Source of the DNA: an uncultured Gemmatimonadales bacterium
GTDB lineage: Bacteria > Gemmatimonadota > Gemmatimonadetes > Gemmatimonadales > GWC2-71-9
Length of the DNA stretch: 29,583 bases
Assembly: GCA_963825055.1 (NCBI GenBank)
Contig: CAWGSK010000031.1
Coordinates: 1-29,583 of the forward strand
Direction of reading: 5' to 3'
Shown here one piece after another: positions 8,507-19,255 of this stretch (the stretch's first letter is position 1; every line of letters begins with the position of its first letter). The position numbers and the translations under genes are program-made. Below the pieces are notes generated by a model. The model did no database searches, had not been told where the DNA came from, and was given only the letters and a program-made list of their open reading frames with translations.

Positions 8507-9064
8507 TCACCCTCCCGGCCACCTCCACCCCATGACCCCGCCTGTCAGCAATCCGTACACCAGCCCGTCGAACAGGTTCTTCCACGTGGTGCTCCAGGGG
8601 CGGCTGAACCAGATGGACTCGGAGATGGAGCCGAAGGCGTACGCCATCCAGGCGGCGGTGGCTGTCACCTGGAACACCCTGAGGTACGCGGTGCCGTGGG
8701 GCAGGGTGCGGGTGGCGATATAGGCCACGAACACGGTGACCACCGCGCAATACAGGAAATACAGGCCGAGGCTCTTCCCCATGTTGTGCGGCCCGGGTGG
8801 GGCGATGGTCACAATGCCCCGCGGGCCTTCCTCGAGCTTCTTCACGTAGGCCGGGTCCTTCATGGCATCTCTCGTGGCCATGTGGGGGACGACATACTGG
8901 CCCGGCGCGGCCGGGCGGAGGGCCTGGCGGGCCGCCTCTTCGTCGGGAAGTGCCTTGAAGTCGGACCGGTGGTGGGGCATGACCATCCACATGATCGAAC
9001 TGGCAACCCAGACCAGGGCCGCCGCAAGGAGGATGGGGAGCCACAACGAAGCGAGCGGGACCAT
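8507..9064 (-). CDS. Hypothetical integral membrane protein (about 4 TM)
   Basis: GGAGGT RBS before the ATG at 9064. 185 aa, MVPLASLWLPILLAAALVWVASSIMWMVMPHH..., with several hydrophobic helices. Confidence 0.8.
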   Translation of the reverse strand: MVPLASLWLPILLAAALVWVASSIMWMVMPHHRSDFKALPDEEAARQALRPAAPGQYVVPHMATRDAMKDPAYVKKLEEGPRGIVTIAPPGPHNMGKSLGLYFLYCAVVTVFVAYIATRTLPHGTAYLRVFQVTATAAWMAYAFGSISESIWFSRPWSTTWKNLFDGLVYGLLTGGVMGWRWPGG

Positions 9065-9233
9065 CAGACCTCCGTCGTTCAAGGGGAGTGGCCGACGTAA
9101 CGGCACCAAAGTGCAAGCCAGTCCGGGACGCGTCAATGCGACCGGGATTGGGGGACGGGTTGTCCTTTCGGGGGCAGGTGCGTAATCTGATGGCCGTCCG
9201 GCTCCTGCCCGCTGCCGCCGGGCCGCTAACTTC

Positions 9234-9262
9234 TTGACGAATGGGAGCTTCGTGGGTATCGT
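9234..9262 (+). promoter_or_regulatory. Sigma70-type promoter of the oxidase operon
   Basis: TTGACG (9234-9239), 17 bp, TATCGT (9257-9262), ending 54 nt before the ATG at 9317. Confidence 0.6.
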
Positions 9263-9316
9263 GCCGCACGATTTTCCTTCGGACCGGCCGCACATTCTCG
9301 TTGGGGTAATCGCCTA

Positions 9317-10381
9317 ATGTCATTCCGGAAGTTCATTTCCGGACCAGCCGGGCTGCGGGCCCTGCTGCCCGCCGTCCTTCTGTTCGTCGCCGGATGCGCT
9401 GAGAACTATTCCCAGAGCACCCTGGCGCCGAAGTCCGATTTCACGCGCATGATCGACGGCCTCTTCATGACGACCGTCTGGTGGGCCGTTCTCGTGTTCG
9501 TCCTGGTTGAGGGCGCCCTGGTGTTCGCCATCATCAGGTTCCGCGGGAAGCCGGACGATCCAGAGCCCCGCCAGACGCATGGCAACACCACGGTGGAGAT
9601 CGTCTGGACCATCATTCCGGCGGTCATCCTCGCGCTGATCGCGGTTCCCACCATCCGGACGATCTTCCGGACCGCCGAGGTTCCGTCGGGGGCACTCACG
9701 ATCGAGGTCATCGGCCACCAGTGGTGGTGGGAATTCCGCTACCCGGACCAGCAGGTGGTGACCGCCAACGAGATGCACATCCCGGTCGGCAGGACCGTGG
9801 CCCTCAAGATCATCACTCACGATGTCCTCCACAGCTTCTGGCTACCCCAGCTGGCGGCCAAGCGGGACGCTTTCCCCCGCCGCTATAACACCCTCTGGTT
9901 CAAGGCCGAGGAGGCCGGGGACTACACCGGCCAGTGCGCGGAGTTCTGCGGAATCCAGCACGGCCGGATGGGGTTCAAGGTGATCGCCGACGAGCCGGCG
10001 GAGTTTGAGGCGTGGGCCGCCAGCGAGCAGGTCGGCTCGCCGATGGTCAACGCCGGCGCCATGCCTGAGGGGGCGGTGGTGGCGCCGGACAGCGTAATGG
10101 AGAAGGGCAAGGCGACCTTCCTGGCGGGCGGCTGCATCGGCTGCCACGCGATGGGGGGAACGCCCACCGGCGGCGTGATGACGATGGTCGGTCCCAACCT
10201 GACCCACGTCGGGAGCCGCACCACGCTGGTGGCCAACCTGATGCCGAACACTGACGAAAATCTGGCCCGGTGGCTGCGCGATCCGCAGGCCATGAAGGAA
10301 GGCAGCCTCATGAAGCTGCCGCGGAAGTTGACGGAGGAAGAGGTCCAGACCCTGGTCGCCTACCTCCGGGCGCACAAGTAA
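9317..10381 (+). CDS. ctaC: Cytochrome c oxidase subunit II with fused cytochrome c (caa3 type), lipoprotein
   Basis: Lipobox FVAG-C, GHQWWWEF, CuA ligands DVLHSFW and CAEFCGIQHGRM, C-terminal heme motif CIGCH, GPNLT and a distal Met (SLMK). Confidence 0.95.
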   Translation: MSFRKFISGPAGLRALLPAVLLFVAGCAENYSQSTLAPKSDFTRMIDGLFMTTVWWAVLVFVLVEGALVFAIIRFRGKPDDPEPRQTHGNTTVEIVWTIIPAVILALIAVPTIRTIFRTAEVPSGALTIEVIGHQWWWEFRYPDQQVVTANEMHIPVGRTVALKIITHDVLHSFWLPQLAAKRDAFPRRYNTLWFKAEEAGDYTGQCAEFCGIQHGRMGFKVIADEPAEFEAWAASEQVGSPMVNAGAMPEGAVVAPDSVMEKGKATFLAGGCIGCHAMGGTPTGGVMTMVGPNLTHVGSRTTLVANLMPNTDENLARWLRDPQAMKEGSLMKLPRKLTEEEVQTLVAYLRAHK

Positions 10382-10421
10382 AACTGATCCTGCGGGTCGT
10401 CCACGCGAGGACCGAGAGAGC

Positions 10422-12251
10422 ATGGCAACCACAGCACTGGAACATCACGGAACCCACGCTACCACTGCCAAGAGCGGGTTGTGGAGCTGGATTACCACGG
10501 TCGACCACAAGCGCATCGGCATCCTCTACGGGGTGACGGCGTTCATCTTCTTCCTGATCGGGGGCCTCGAGGCGCTGCTGATCCGGTGGCAGCTGGCGCG
10601 CCCGGACAGCACGTTCCTCTCCCCGGAGACCTACAACCAGCTGTTCACGATGCACGGCACCACCATGATCTTCCTGGGGGTGATGCCGCTGTCGGCGATG
10701 TTCTTCAATTACATGATCCCGCTCCAGATCGGGGCGCGGGACGTGGCCTTCCCCCGCCTGAACGCCTTCAGCTACTGGGTGTTCGTGATGGGCGGGCTGC
10801 TGCTGAACGCCAGCTTCCTGTTCTCCGCCGCGCCGGATGCCGGCTGGTTCGGGTACGCGAACCTCACCAGCCCGCAGTACTCGCCCGGGCCGAACATCGA
10901 TTTCTGGGTCGTGGGCCTGCAGGTGCTCGGCATTGCCTCGCTGGCGGCCGCGGTGAACTTCTTCGTCACCATCATCAACATGCGCAGCCCCGGCATGAAG
11001 CTGATGCGGATGCCGATGTTCGTCTGGATGAGCTTCATCACCCAGGTACTGCTGCTGCTGGCCTTCCCGGTCATCACCGTCGCCCTCATCCTGCTCATGT
11101 TCGACCGCGTGATCGGGACCCACTTCTACGTTGTGGCCGGCGGTGGCGACCCCACGCTCTGGCAGCACCTGTTCTGGATCTTCGGGCATCCGGAGGTCTA
11201 CATCCTGATCCTGCCGGCCTTCGGGATCGTGTCGGAGATCCTGCCCGTCTTCTCCCGCAAACCGCTCTTCGGCTACGCGGCGATGGTCTTCTCGGGCGCC
11301 TTCATCGCCTTCCTGGGCTTCGGCGTCTGGAGCCACCACATGTTTGCCACCGGCATGGGGCCGGTTGCGGACTCGGTGTTCTCGCTCGCCACCATGCTGA
11401 TCGCGATTCCCACCGGAGTGAAGATCTTCAACTGGATCGGCACGATCTGGGGCGGCTCGCTGCAGATGAAGACCCCGATGTACTTCGCCCTCGGCTTCAT
11501 CGCCATGTTCATCATCGGCGGCCTCTCGGGCATCATGCACGCCAGCCCGCCGGCCGACCTGCAGCAGACGGACAGCTACTTCGTGGTGGCGCACTTCCAC
11601 TACGTGCTGTTCGGCGGCAGCATCTTCGCCCTGGTGGCCGGGGCCTACTACTGGTTCCCGAAAATGTTCGGCGTAATGCTCAGCGACGCACTGGGCAAGG
11701 TGCATTTCTGGCTGATGTTCGTCGGGTTCAACCTCACGTTCTTCCCGATGCACTTCCTCGGGCTGAACGGCATGCCCCGCCGGGTCTACACATATCCCGC
11801 CGGCCTGGGCTTCGACCTCTGGAACATGGTGGAGACCGCCGGGTCGCTCATCCTGGGCTTCTCGTTCCTGGTCTTCATCTACAACATCTTCCGGAGCGTC
11901 CGTAACCGCGAGGCCAACCCGGCTCCCGCCGACCCGTGGAACGGTGCCACCCTGGAGTGGTCCATTCCGTCGCCGCCGCAGGAGTTCAATTTCCCGGAGA
12001 CGCCCGTGGTCCACTCGCGCGACCCCCTGTGGGAGGTCAGGCGTGAGCGCGGCGGCCCGCTGCCGGAGCCGACGCCGGTGAGCGGCGAGGGCATCCACCT
12101 GCCCAACCCGTCATACTGGCCGCTGGTCACCGCCATCGGTGTGCTGGTGGTCTTCTGCGGCTTTATCATCGGGTTCCCCTACGTGAACCTGGTCGGCGCC
12201 GTCATCCTCTTCACCGGCATCTTCCGGTGGGCCTTCGAGCCCACGGGCTGA
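10422..12251 (+). CDS. ctaD: Cytochrome c oxidase subunit I, A1 type, with two extra C-terminal helices
   Basis: DHKRIG, TMHGTTM, DVAFPRLN, WIFGHPEVY, VWSHHM, IPTGVKIF, VVAHFHY and GMPRR motifs. Confidence 0.97.
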   Translation: MATTALEHHGTHATTAKSGLWSWITTVDHKRIGILYGVTAFIFFLIGGLEALLIRWQLARPDSTFLSPETYNQLFTMHGTTMIFLGVMPLSAMFFNYMIPLQIGARDVAFPRLNAFSYWVFVMGGLLLNASFLFSAAPDAGWFGYANLTSPQYSPGPNIDFWVVGLQVLGIASLAAAVNFFVTIINMRSPGMKLMRMPMFVWMSFITQVLLLLAFPVITVALILLMFDRVIGTHFYVVAGGGDPTLWQHLFWIFGHPEVYILILPAFGIVSEILPVFSRKPLFGYAAMVFSGAFIAFLGFGVWSHHMFATGMGPVADSVFSLATMLIAIPTGVKIFNWIGTIWGGSLQMKTPMYFALGFIAMFIIGGLSGIMHASPPADLQQTDSYFVVAHFHYVLFGGSIFALVAGAYYWFPKMFGVMLSDALGKVHFWLMFVGFNLTFFPMHFLGLNGMPRRVYTYPAGLGFDLWNMVETAGSLILGFSFLVFIYNIFRSVRNREANPAPADPWNGATLEWSIPSPPQEFNFPETPVVHSRDPLWEVRRERGGPLPEPTPVSGEGIHLPNPSYWPLVTAIGVLVVFCGFIIGFPYVNLVGAVILFTGIFRWAFEPTG

Positions 12252-12275
12252 CCGCACTGGCATAAGGAACGGAAC

Positions 12276-12908
12276 GTGGCTCACGCTGACGCACACGCGC
12301 TGCACTTGGAGACGTCCACCGGCCTCGACAGCCGGAAGCTGGCGATCTGGACCTTCATCGGCTCCGAGTGTCTCTTCTTCGCCTCCCTGATTTCGACCTA
12401 CATGGTCTACAAGGGGAAGAGCCTGACCGGCCCCTTCCCCCACGAGAGCTGGGTCAACCCGGCCACCGGCCATACGGTGGCGCCCATCCTCAACATCCCG
12501 CTCACGTCGGTCAGCACCTTCGTGCTGCTGATGAGTTCCTTCGCGGTCGTACTGGCGCTGGCCGGCGCGCAGCGCGGGAACCGGAAGATGCTGATCGGCT
12601 GGCTCTCGGCGACCATGGTGGGCGGGGCGATCTTCCTGGGCGGCCAGGTCTACGAGTTCTCCCATTTCGTGCACGAAGGGCTGACGCTCCAGGGAAACCT
12701 CTTCGGGGCCACCTTCTTTACCCTGACCGGATTCCACGGCGGTCACGTCACCATCGGCCTCATCTGGCTCGGCTCGGTGCTGTTTACCGCCCTGCGCGGC
12801 GACCTCCCGCCGGAGAAGGCCCTGAACCTCGAGATCGCCGCACTGTACTGGCACTTCGTTGACGTGATCTGGATCGTGATCTTCACCGTCATCTACCTGA
12901 TCAAGTGA
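12276..12908 (+). CDS. ctaE: Cytochrome c oxidase subunit III
   Basis: GTG start after AAGGA. WTFIGSECLFF, TGFHGGHV and LYWHFVDVIW motifs. Confidence 0.94.
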   Translation: MAHADAHALHLETSTGLDSRKLAIWTFIGSECLFFASLISTYMVYKGKSLTGPFPHESWVNPATGHTVAPILNIPLTSVSTFVLLMSSFAVVLALAGAQRGNRKMLIGWLSATMVGGAIFLGGQVYEFSHFVHEGLTLQGNLFGATFFTLTGFHGGHVTIGLIWLGSVLFTALRGDLPPEKALNLEIAALYWHFVDVIWIVIFTVIYLIK

Positions 12909-12919
12909 GGACGATGCCC

Positions 12920-13234
12920 ATGGAAGCCCACGCCCAGACCCACGAGCACGCGCACCCCACCGCCGCGACGTATTCCAAGATCGCGCTGACCCTGGTCATC
13001 CTGACGGCCTTCGAGGTCGCGGTCTACTACGTCGAATCCATCCGTGCATGGCTGGTGCCGATCCTGCTGGTCCTCATGACGATCAAGTTCGCGCTGGTCG
13101 CGATGTACTACATGCATCTCAAGCCGGATTCCAGGCTGTTCACGGGCCTGTTCGTCTTTCCCATCCTCATCGCGATCGTCATCATCCTGGCCCTGATCGC
13201 GCTCTTCAGCGTGCATACGCTGATGCCGATGTAG
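12920..13234 (+). CDS. ctaF: Cytochrome c oxidase subunit IV (CtaF/COX4_pro family)
   Basis: Three TM helices with LTAFEV and KFALVAMYYMHLK. The start could be 12905, 12914 or 12920; 12920 has the best spacing from GAGG. Confidence 0.85.
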   Translation: MEAHAQTHEHAHPTAATYSKIALTLVILTAFEVAVYYVESIRAWLVPILLVLMTIKFALVAMYYMHLKPDSRLFTGLFVFPILIAIVIILALIALFSVHTLMPM

Positions 13235-13239
13235 ACTGC

Positions 13240-13268
13240 AGTGAGTAGTGAGGTAGTGAGTAGCGACT
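13240..13268 (+). repeat. AGTGAGT-type heptamer array just after the ctaF stop
   Basis: AGTGAGT AGTGAGGT AGTGAGT AGCGACT. Confidence 0.8.
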
Positions 13269-13271
13269 GGT

Positions 13272-13302
13272 GGGCGGGCTTCGGAGCCCGCCCTTCTGTA
13301 TT
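13272..13302 (+). terminator. Intrinsic terminator of the oxidase operon
   Basis: GGGCGGGCT-TCGG-AGCCCGCCC (9-bp stem, 13272-13293) followed by TTCTGTATT. Confidence 0.75.
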
Positions 13303-13314
13303 CGTGGGGAGACT

Positions 13315-14658
13315 GTGAACGCATACCTTCCAGATTTCGATGCGCTGGCCGAGGAAACCGCCGGCCGGCTCGCCGAGTACCTCCGGATCGACACCATCAA
13401 CCCGCCGGGAAACGAGCGGGCTGGCGCCGAGTTCCTGAAGCGGCTGCTGGATGCCGAGGGAATTGACGCGGAGATCCACGACTCCGACCCGGGGCGGGGG
13501 AACCTGTATGCCCGGCTGGCGGGTAGCGGTGGTGGGGGGGCGCTCCTGCTCCTGAGCCACATCGACGTCGTGCCCGCCACAGCCGAGGCCTGGAGCGTGC
13601 CTCCGCTCTCGGGAACCTTCCGCGACGGATACGTGTGGGGCCGGGGCGCGCTGGACATGAAGGGAATGGGGATGGTCGAGCTCATGACCATGGTGGCGCT
13701 TCGCCGGCGGGGCATTCCTCTGGAGCGTGACCTGGTCCTGGTCGCCAACGCGGACGAGGAAGCCGGCAGCACCGGTGCCAGCTGGTTCAGCCGGGAGCGA
13801 GGCCACCTGCTCCACGACGTGGAGTTTGTCATCAACGAAGGCGGCGAAAATCCGGTCGGCGCGGACGGCCGGACCCGGTACTACGGCATCGAACTCACGG
13901 AGAAACTCCCGCTCTGGCTCAAGCTGATCGCCCGCGGCACGCCCGGCCACGGTTCCCGACCGACACCGGCCAATGCCGTGGCACGCCTCGCCCGGGCCCT
14001 CGGCCGGCTCGCCGCATGGGAGACACCCCTGATCCTCACCGAGCCGGTCGAGGAATACCTGAGGACCCTTTCCGCACACGAGCCCGACCCGGCCCGGCGG
14101 AGCTGGCTGGCCGACCCCGCCAGGGCATTGGATGACGCAGAAGCCCGTGCCTGGCTCACCGGCGACCGCTACCTCAATGCCCTGCTCCGGAACACCGTGA
14201 GCATCACGGGGATGAGCGGAAGCGACAAGGTGAACCTGATCCCCCCGCTCGCAACCGCGCAGGTGGACGTCCGGCTGCTGCCGGGGACCTCGCCGGAGGA
14301 ATTCCTGACCCAGCTGCGTACCGTGCTGGATGATGACGGAATCGGGATCGAGCGGACCAACCAGGCCAGGCCCACCGCCGTGGCGCCATTCTCCGGGCCG
14401 GTCGTGGAGGCGGTCCGGCGAGCGGTGGAAGTGATGGATCCGGGGACCCCGGTGACCACGCAGGTCATGACGGGGTACAGCGACAGTTGCTATTATCGGG
14501 AACTGGGCATCGCCGCGTACGGGCTGGACCCGTTCCGGACCACCCCGGACGATCTGGCAGGCATCCACGGGAACGATGAACGGTTGAGCCGGGCCAACAT
14601 CAGGTTTGGCATCGAGTTCATGTATCGTGTGGTGGAGTCGATAGCGAGTAGCGAGTAG
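13315..14658 (+). CDS. M20/M25/M40 family metallopeptidase/aminoacylase
   Basis: GTG at 13315 after GGGGAG. LLSHIDVVP, WGRGALDMKG, ADEE, NEGG, GHGS and IHGNDE motifs. Confidence 0.92.
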   Translation: MNAYLPDFDALAEETAGRLAEYLRIDTINPPGNERAGAEFLKRLLDAEGIDAEIHDSDPGRGNLYARLAGSGGGGALLLLSHIDVVPATAEAWSVPPLSGTFRDGYVWGRGALDMKGMGMVELMTMVALRRRGIPLERDLVLVANADEEAGSTGASWFSRERGHLLHDVEFVINEGGENPVGADGRTRYYGIELTEKLPLWLKLIARGTPGHGSRPTPANAVARLARALGRLAAWETPLILTEPVEEYLRTLSAHEPDPARRSWLADPARALDDAEARAWLTGDRYLNALLRNTVSITGMSGSDKVNLIPPLATAQVDVRLLPGTSPEEFLTQLRTVLDDDGIGIERTNQARPTAVAPFSGPVVEAVRRAVEVMDPGTPVTTQVMTGYSDSCYYRELGIAAYGLDPFRTTPDDLAGIHGNDERLSRANIRFGIEFMYRVVESIASSE

Positions 14659-14684
14659 CAGGAGAACAGGGAACAGGGAAGGGG
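14643..14684 (+). repeat. Heptamer array spanning the M20 stop and switching unit type
   Basis: AGCGAGT AGCGAGT AGCAGGA GAACAGG GAACAGG GAAGGGG. The TAG stop at 14656-14658 lies inside it. Confidence 0.8.
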
Positions 14685-14691
14685 AGTGGGT

Positions 14692-15171
14692 ATGCACTAT
14701 CCGGCGGCATTGCGTGAGCAACTGGGGCGGATTCTCGACTGGGAAGAGGCGCACCTGAATCTTGAACGCGCGGTGGATGACATTCCACCGGAGCGTCGTG
14801 GCGAGGCACCAGCGCAACTCCCGTATTCCTGCTGGCGGCTGCTGTGGCACATCTGGTTCACCCAGCACGACATTCTCGATTTCTGCCTGAACCCGGACTA
14901 CAAAGAGCACGACTGGCCCGACGATTACTGGCCACCGCAGGGAGCGCCGTCGGAGGAACAGTGGAGTGACACGCTCCGCGGTTTCCGCGAGGACCGGAAG
15001 CGCCTGCAGGCCCTGGCCGAGGATCCGGATTGCGACCTGCTGGCGGCGATACCGCGCGGCTCGGGCCAGACATACCTGCGCGAGATACTGCTCACGGCGG
15101 ACCACACTGCCTACCACACGGGCCAGATCGTGGCGGTCCGCCGGTGCCTGGGGATCTGGTCCGGCGGCTGA
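14692..15171 (+). CDS. DinB-superfamily protein
   Basis: LLWHIWFTQ and DHTAYHTGQI supply the His triad. GGGGAG RBS. Confidence 0.85.
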   Translation: MHYPAALREQLGRILDWEEAHLNLERAVDDIPPERRGEAPAQLPYSCWRLLWHIWFTQHDILDFCLNPDYKEHDWPDDYWPPQGAPSEEQWSDTLRGFREDRKRLQALAEDPDCDLLAAIPRGSGQTYLREILLTADHTAYHTGQIVAVRRCLGIWSGG

Positions 15172-15222
15172 TCCCGCCAACTCACCAGCACATCGGAGGC
15201 CCGCCAGGGCCGGGAGTGTACG

Positions 15223-15549
15223 ATGCTGATTACCACAACCGATTCGCTCGACGGCCATCGCGTCCGGAAGTACCTCGGCATTGTGACCGGCGAGGCCATC
15301 CTCGGCGCCAACATCTTCCGGGACCTCTTCGCCGGGATTCGCGACATCGTCGGGGGCCGGTCCGCGAGCTACGAGAAGGAGCTCCGCAAGGCCAAGGACG
15401 TAGCTCTCGAGGAGATGTCCGCCAACGCCGAAGCCCTTGGAGCCAACGCTGTCGTCGGAGTGGATCTCGACTATGAGACGATCAGCATGGGCTCCGGCGG
15501 CGGCATGATGATGGTCAGCGCCAGCGGGACCGCGGTGAGCCTCGAGTAG
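15223..15549 (+). CDS. ybjQ: YbjQ/UPF0145 family protein
   Basis: [31 protein letters not shown] and [14 protein letters not shown]...MVSASGTAV. Confidence 0.92.
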   Translation: MLITTTDSLDGHRVRKYLGIVTGEAILGANIFRDLFAGIRDIVGGRSASYEKELRKAKDVALEEMSANAEALGANAVVGVDLDYETISMGSGGGMMMVSASGTAVSLE

Positions 15550-15561
15550 CCCGGCAATTCG

Positions 15562-16308
15562 ATGTCCTTCAGGGACTACTTCTCAGCGACAGCCTCGTCC
15601 TATGCCACGGCGCGCCCGACCTACCCGCCGGAACTCTTCGCCCATCTCGGATCAATGGCTCCGGGACATGATCTCGCATGGGACTGCGGCACCGGGAGCG
15701 GGCAGGCAGCTTCCGCCCTGGCTCCAGACTTCTCGCGGATCCGCGCGACGGATCCTTCGGAGGCGCAGCTTTCCCAGGCGCAGGACGACCCGTGTATCGA
15801 CTATGCGATCGGGGCTGAAGGGGAGTCAGGGCTGCCCGACCGGAGTGTCGACCTGGTCATCGCCGCCCAGGCCGCCCACTGGTTCGATCTCGACCGCTTC
15901 TACGCCGAGGCCCGGCGGGTCCTCCGACCGGAGGGGGTGATCGCCATCTGGTGCTACGGCAACTGCTGCGTGACCCCCGACATCGATGCCGTCGTGATCC
16001 CCTTCTACGAGGAAACGCTCGGCCGCGACTGGCCTCCCGGACGGGAGCACATTATCGCTGGCTACACCGACCTCCCGTTTCCATTTGACGAGCGCCCCTT
16101 CCCGGACCTGGTGCTGGAGAAGTGCTGGACGCGAGAGGAGTTCCTGGCCTACCTCGGAACGTGGTCCGGGGTGACGCGGCACCGGCAACGTACCGGGTCG
16201 GACCCGATGCCTGCATTCAGCCGAGTGCTGGAAGAGCGGTGGGGCGGGGAGCGCCACACCGTGCGCTGGCCGCTTCCCGGCAGGCTTGGGCTCATGCGTA
16301 ATGGCTGA
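15562..16308 (+). CDS. Class I SAM-dependent methyltransferase
   Basis: AWDCGTGSGQ motif I, TDPS, VDLVIAAQAAHWF and RVLRPEG. Confidence 0.9.
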   Translation: MSFRDYFSATASSYATARPTYPPELFAHLGSMAPGHDLAWDCGTGSGQAASALAPDFSRIRATDPSEAQLSQAQDDPCIDYAIGAEGESGLPDRSVDLVIAAQAAHWFDLDRFYAEARRVLRPEGVIAIWCYGNCCVTPDIDAVVIPFYEETLGRDWPPGREHIIAGYTDLPFPFDERPFPDLVLEKCWTREEFLAYLGTWSGVTRHRQRTGSDPMPAFSRVLEERWGGERHTVRWPLPGRLGLMRNG

Positions 16309-16855
16309 GGCGCCGACGCTGCGGCCGGCCCGGATGGATGACATTCCCGCCATCGCACGGCTCATCGAGCGCTCGGCGCGGGGACTGAGCGAGGGGTTCT
16401 ATTCCATTGCCCAGATCGAGGCCCTGGTCCGGTATGTGTTCGGCCCCGATACCCGGCTGGTCCAGGACCGGACCTACCACGTGATGGAACTTGACGGTCG
16501 GATCGTGGCCTGCGGAGGGTGGAGCCGGCGGGATACGCTCTTCGGCGGGGACCAGATGAAGTCGGGGGACGACCCCCTCCTCGATCCAACGCAGGAACCC
16601 GCCCGGATCCGGGCGTTCTTCGTGCATCCCGACCAGGCCAGGCAGGGGCTGGGGCGTCGGATTTTCGCGCAGTGCCTCGCAGCAGCGGAGGACGCGGGAT
16701 TCACGGCGCTCACCCTGATGTCCACCCTGCCGGGAGAGCCGCTGTACCGGGCCCTGGGGTTCTACGTCACCGAGCGGGTCGAGCATCCCCTGCCTGACGG
16801 GACGGCGGTGCCGATGGTCCGGATGCTCCGGTCCATCCGATCCACGTCCGCGTAG
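16301..16855 (+). CDS. GNAT-family N-acetyltransferase
   Basis: IRAFFVHPDQARQGLG acetyl-CoA motif and GEPLYRALGF. The ATG at 16301 overlaps the end of the upstream gene. Confidence 0.88.
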   Translation: MAEAPTLRPARMDDIPAIARLIERSARGLSEGFYSIAQIEALVRYVFGPDTRLVQDRTYHVMELDGRIVACGGWSRRDTLFGGDQMKSGDDPLLDPTQEPARIRAFFVHPDQARQGLGRRIFAQCLAAAEDAGFTALTLMSTLPGEPLYRALGFYVTERVEHPLPDGTAVPMVRMLRSIRSTSA

Positions 16856-16867
16856 CGGCCGGACCTC

Positions 16868-16923
16868 CTTCACACTTTTCATACAACCAACGCGTTGCCG
16901 GTCCCTGTCACGGGGCGTAACCT
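16868..16923 (+). promoter_or_regulatory. Candidate response-regulator box plus -10 upstream of the histidine kinase
   Basis: CTTCACACTTTTC (16868-16880) matches 11/13 to 19256-19268. TAACCT lies at 16918-16923. Confidence 0.45.
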
Positions 16924-16948
16924 TCGTGTGTCCCCAGCAGGAGCCTGC

Positions 16949-18564
16949 ATGCCCGGAACCACAGGCCGTCCCCGTCGGGTCTGGCCGCTCGCCGTCCTCG
17001 TCCTGACGCTCGCGATCACGCTGGTCGCGGCGGCGGAGGCGTGGATGGGTGTGTACCGGCACCGCCGGACATCCGAGCACCTGCTGCGGGATTATGCCTC
17101 GTTCGCCGTGTGGACCTACCAGCATTCCGCCAGCACATCCCTGGGCGAGGGCGCGTGGTTTGCCCTGAACCCCATTCTGCACGACCCGCTGCATGAGAAC
17201 CGGCCTGTCCCCACCTCGGTGCGGATCCCGGTCTACCTCGAGCGGAGCCTGCAGAGCTGCCACTGCGCGGTGCCCTGGCGCGCGGAATCGTATTTCAGCT
17301 TCACCGTGGGCGCGGATACGCTGGACGTGACCGGAGGCCCGATCGAGGCGGACTTCGGCCGCTGGCTCACCGATACGCTGAACGCCGCCGCGCGCGTGCC
17401 GGGCAGTTCCCGGCTGGCCGTGATCGCGGCCACCAGCGGACCGCGCCCGGCCGTAGTGGCCTACGGGCTCATGCCCACCGTGTGGGCCGATACCGTTCTC
17501 TACGGTTTCGTGTTCGACAACGCGTCCCTTCCTGCGCTCTTTCACGATGCGCTTGTCAGCACCGACGTCCTTCCGCCGGCCGTGGCATCGGGGCTTGCGG
17601 CCGATTCGATCGTGGCGGTCAGGGTAACGACCGCGGATGGCGTGACGCTCTACCAGTCCGATTCGTGGCCGGCGGAGGCCCTGTTCACCGCTCACGATTC
17701 AATCGTTCCGCGCAACGGGGGCCTCCGGCTGGAGGCGACCGTGCTTCCCCCGCTGGCTAATCGCGTCTTTGCGGGGGACAACGCACGGTCGAGACTCCTC
17801 TTCCTCCTCGCCATCGTGCTGGCCGCGATCGCCCTCACCGTCGTGGCGATGCGGCAGTTCCAGCGCGAGCGGGCTTTTACCCGGCGCCAGGCGGACTTCG
17901 TGGCTGCGGTGTCCCATGAACTGCGCACACCGCTGGCGCAGATCCGGCTCTTTCTGGAGACCCTGCGACTCGGCCGTTATGACGGTGATGCGGAACGGGA
18001 CTGGCTGCTCGAGCACGTGGACCGTGAAACAATCCGCCTCTCGCACCTGGTGAGCAACGTCCTCCAGTTCAGCCGCGGCTCCATGGAGCACGCCGACCTC
18101 GCCCCGGCGGATGTGGCCGCCGAGGCCGCGGATGTCGTGCGCGGTTTCCAGCCGCTGGCGGAGTCGCGTCGGGTGACCGTTCGCGCGGAACTGGACGAGG
18201 GCGCGGCGGCGCCGCTCAATCGTGAGTTATTTCGCCAGCTCCTGCTGAACCTGCTCGACAACGCGGTGAAGTACGGTCCGGAAGGCCAGCGGGTGGAGGT
18301 CCGGGTGGCACGTGACAACGGGACCGTGCGGTTGTCGGTGTCCGACCAGGGGCCGGGGATTCCTGCCACCATGCGCGACCGGATCTGGGACCCGTTTGTC
18401 CGGGGCGACGACACCTCGGCGCGCGCGATTGGCGGGAGCGGGATCGGGCTGTCCGTCGTGCGCGATGCGGCGCGGCGCCACGGCGCCACCCTCCGGCTGG
18501 AAGATGCAGCCGGTGGTGGCAGCGTGTTCATCATCGATTTCCCCGCGGCCGGTCCATCGGTCTC

Positions 18565-18568
<4 letters not shown>
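16949..18568 (+). CDS. Membrane sensor histidine kinase (2 TM, large extracytoplasmic domain with CHC motif)
   Basis: AGGAG RBS, H-box SHELRTPL, N-box NLLDNAVKY, G1 DQGPGI and G2 GSGIGL. Confidence 0.94.
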
Positions 18569-19254
<686 letters not shown>

Positions 19255-19255
19255 G

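Noticed and set aside
8436..8723. 95-aa ORF starting in the hairpin loop (HYSLITNHYS)
   Set aside because: It is a translation of the heptamer array followed by sequence antisense to the membrane protein gene, with no RBS.
10308..12098. 596-aa minus-strand ORF, and similar shadows at 6609-8210, 19915-21453 and 16292-17695
   Set aside because: These are antisense shadows of motif-rich genes, caused by codon bias.
13108..15258. 716-aa minus-strand ORF
   Set aside because: It lies antisense to well-supported ctaF, M20, DinB and ybjQ genes and has no recognisable motifs. Long shadow ORFs are expected at this GC content.
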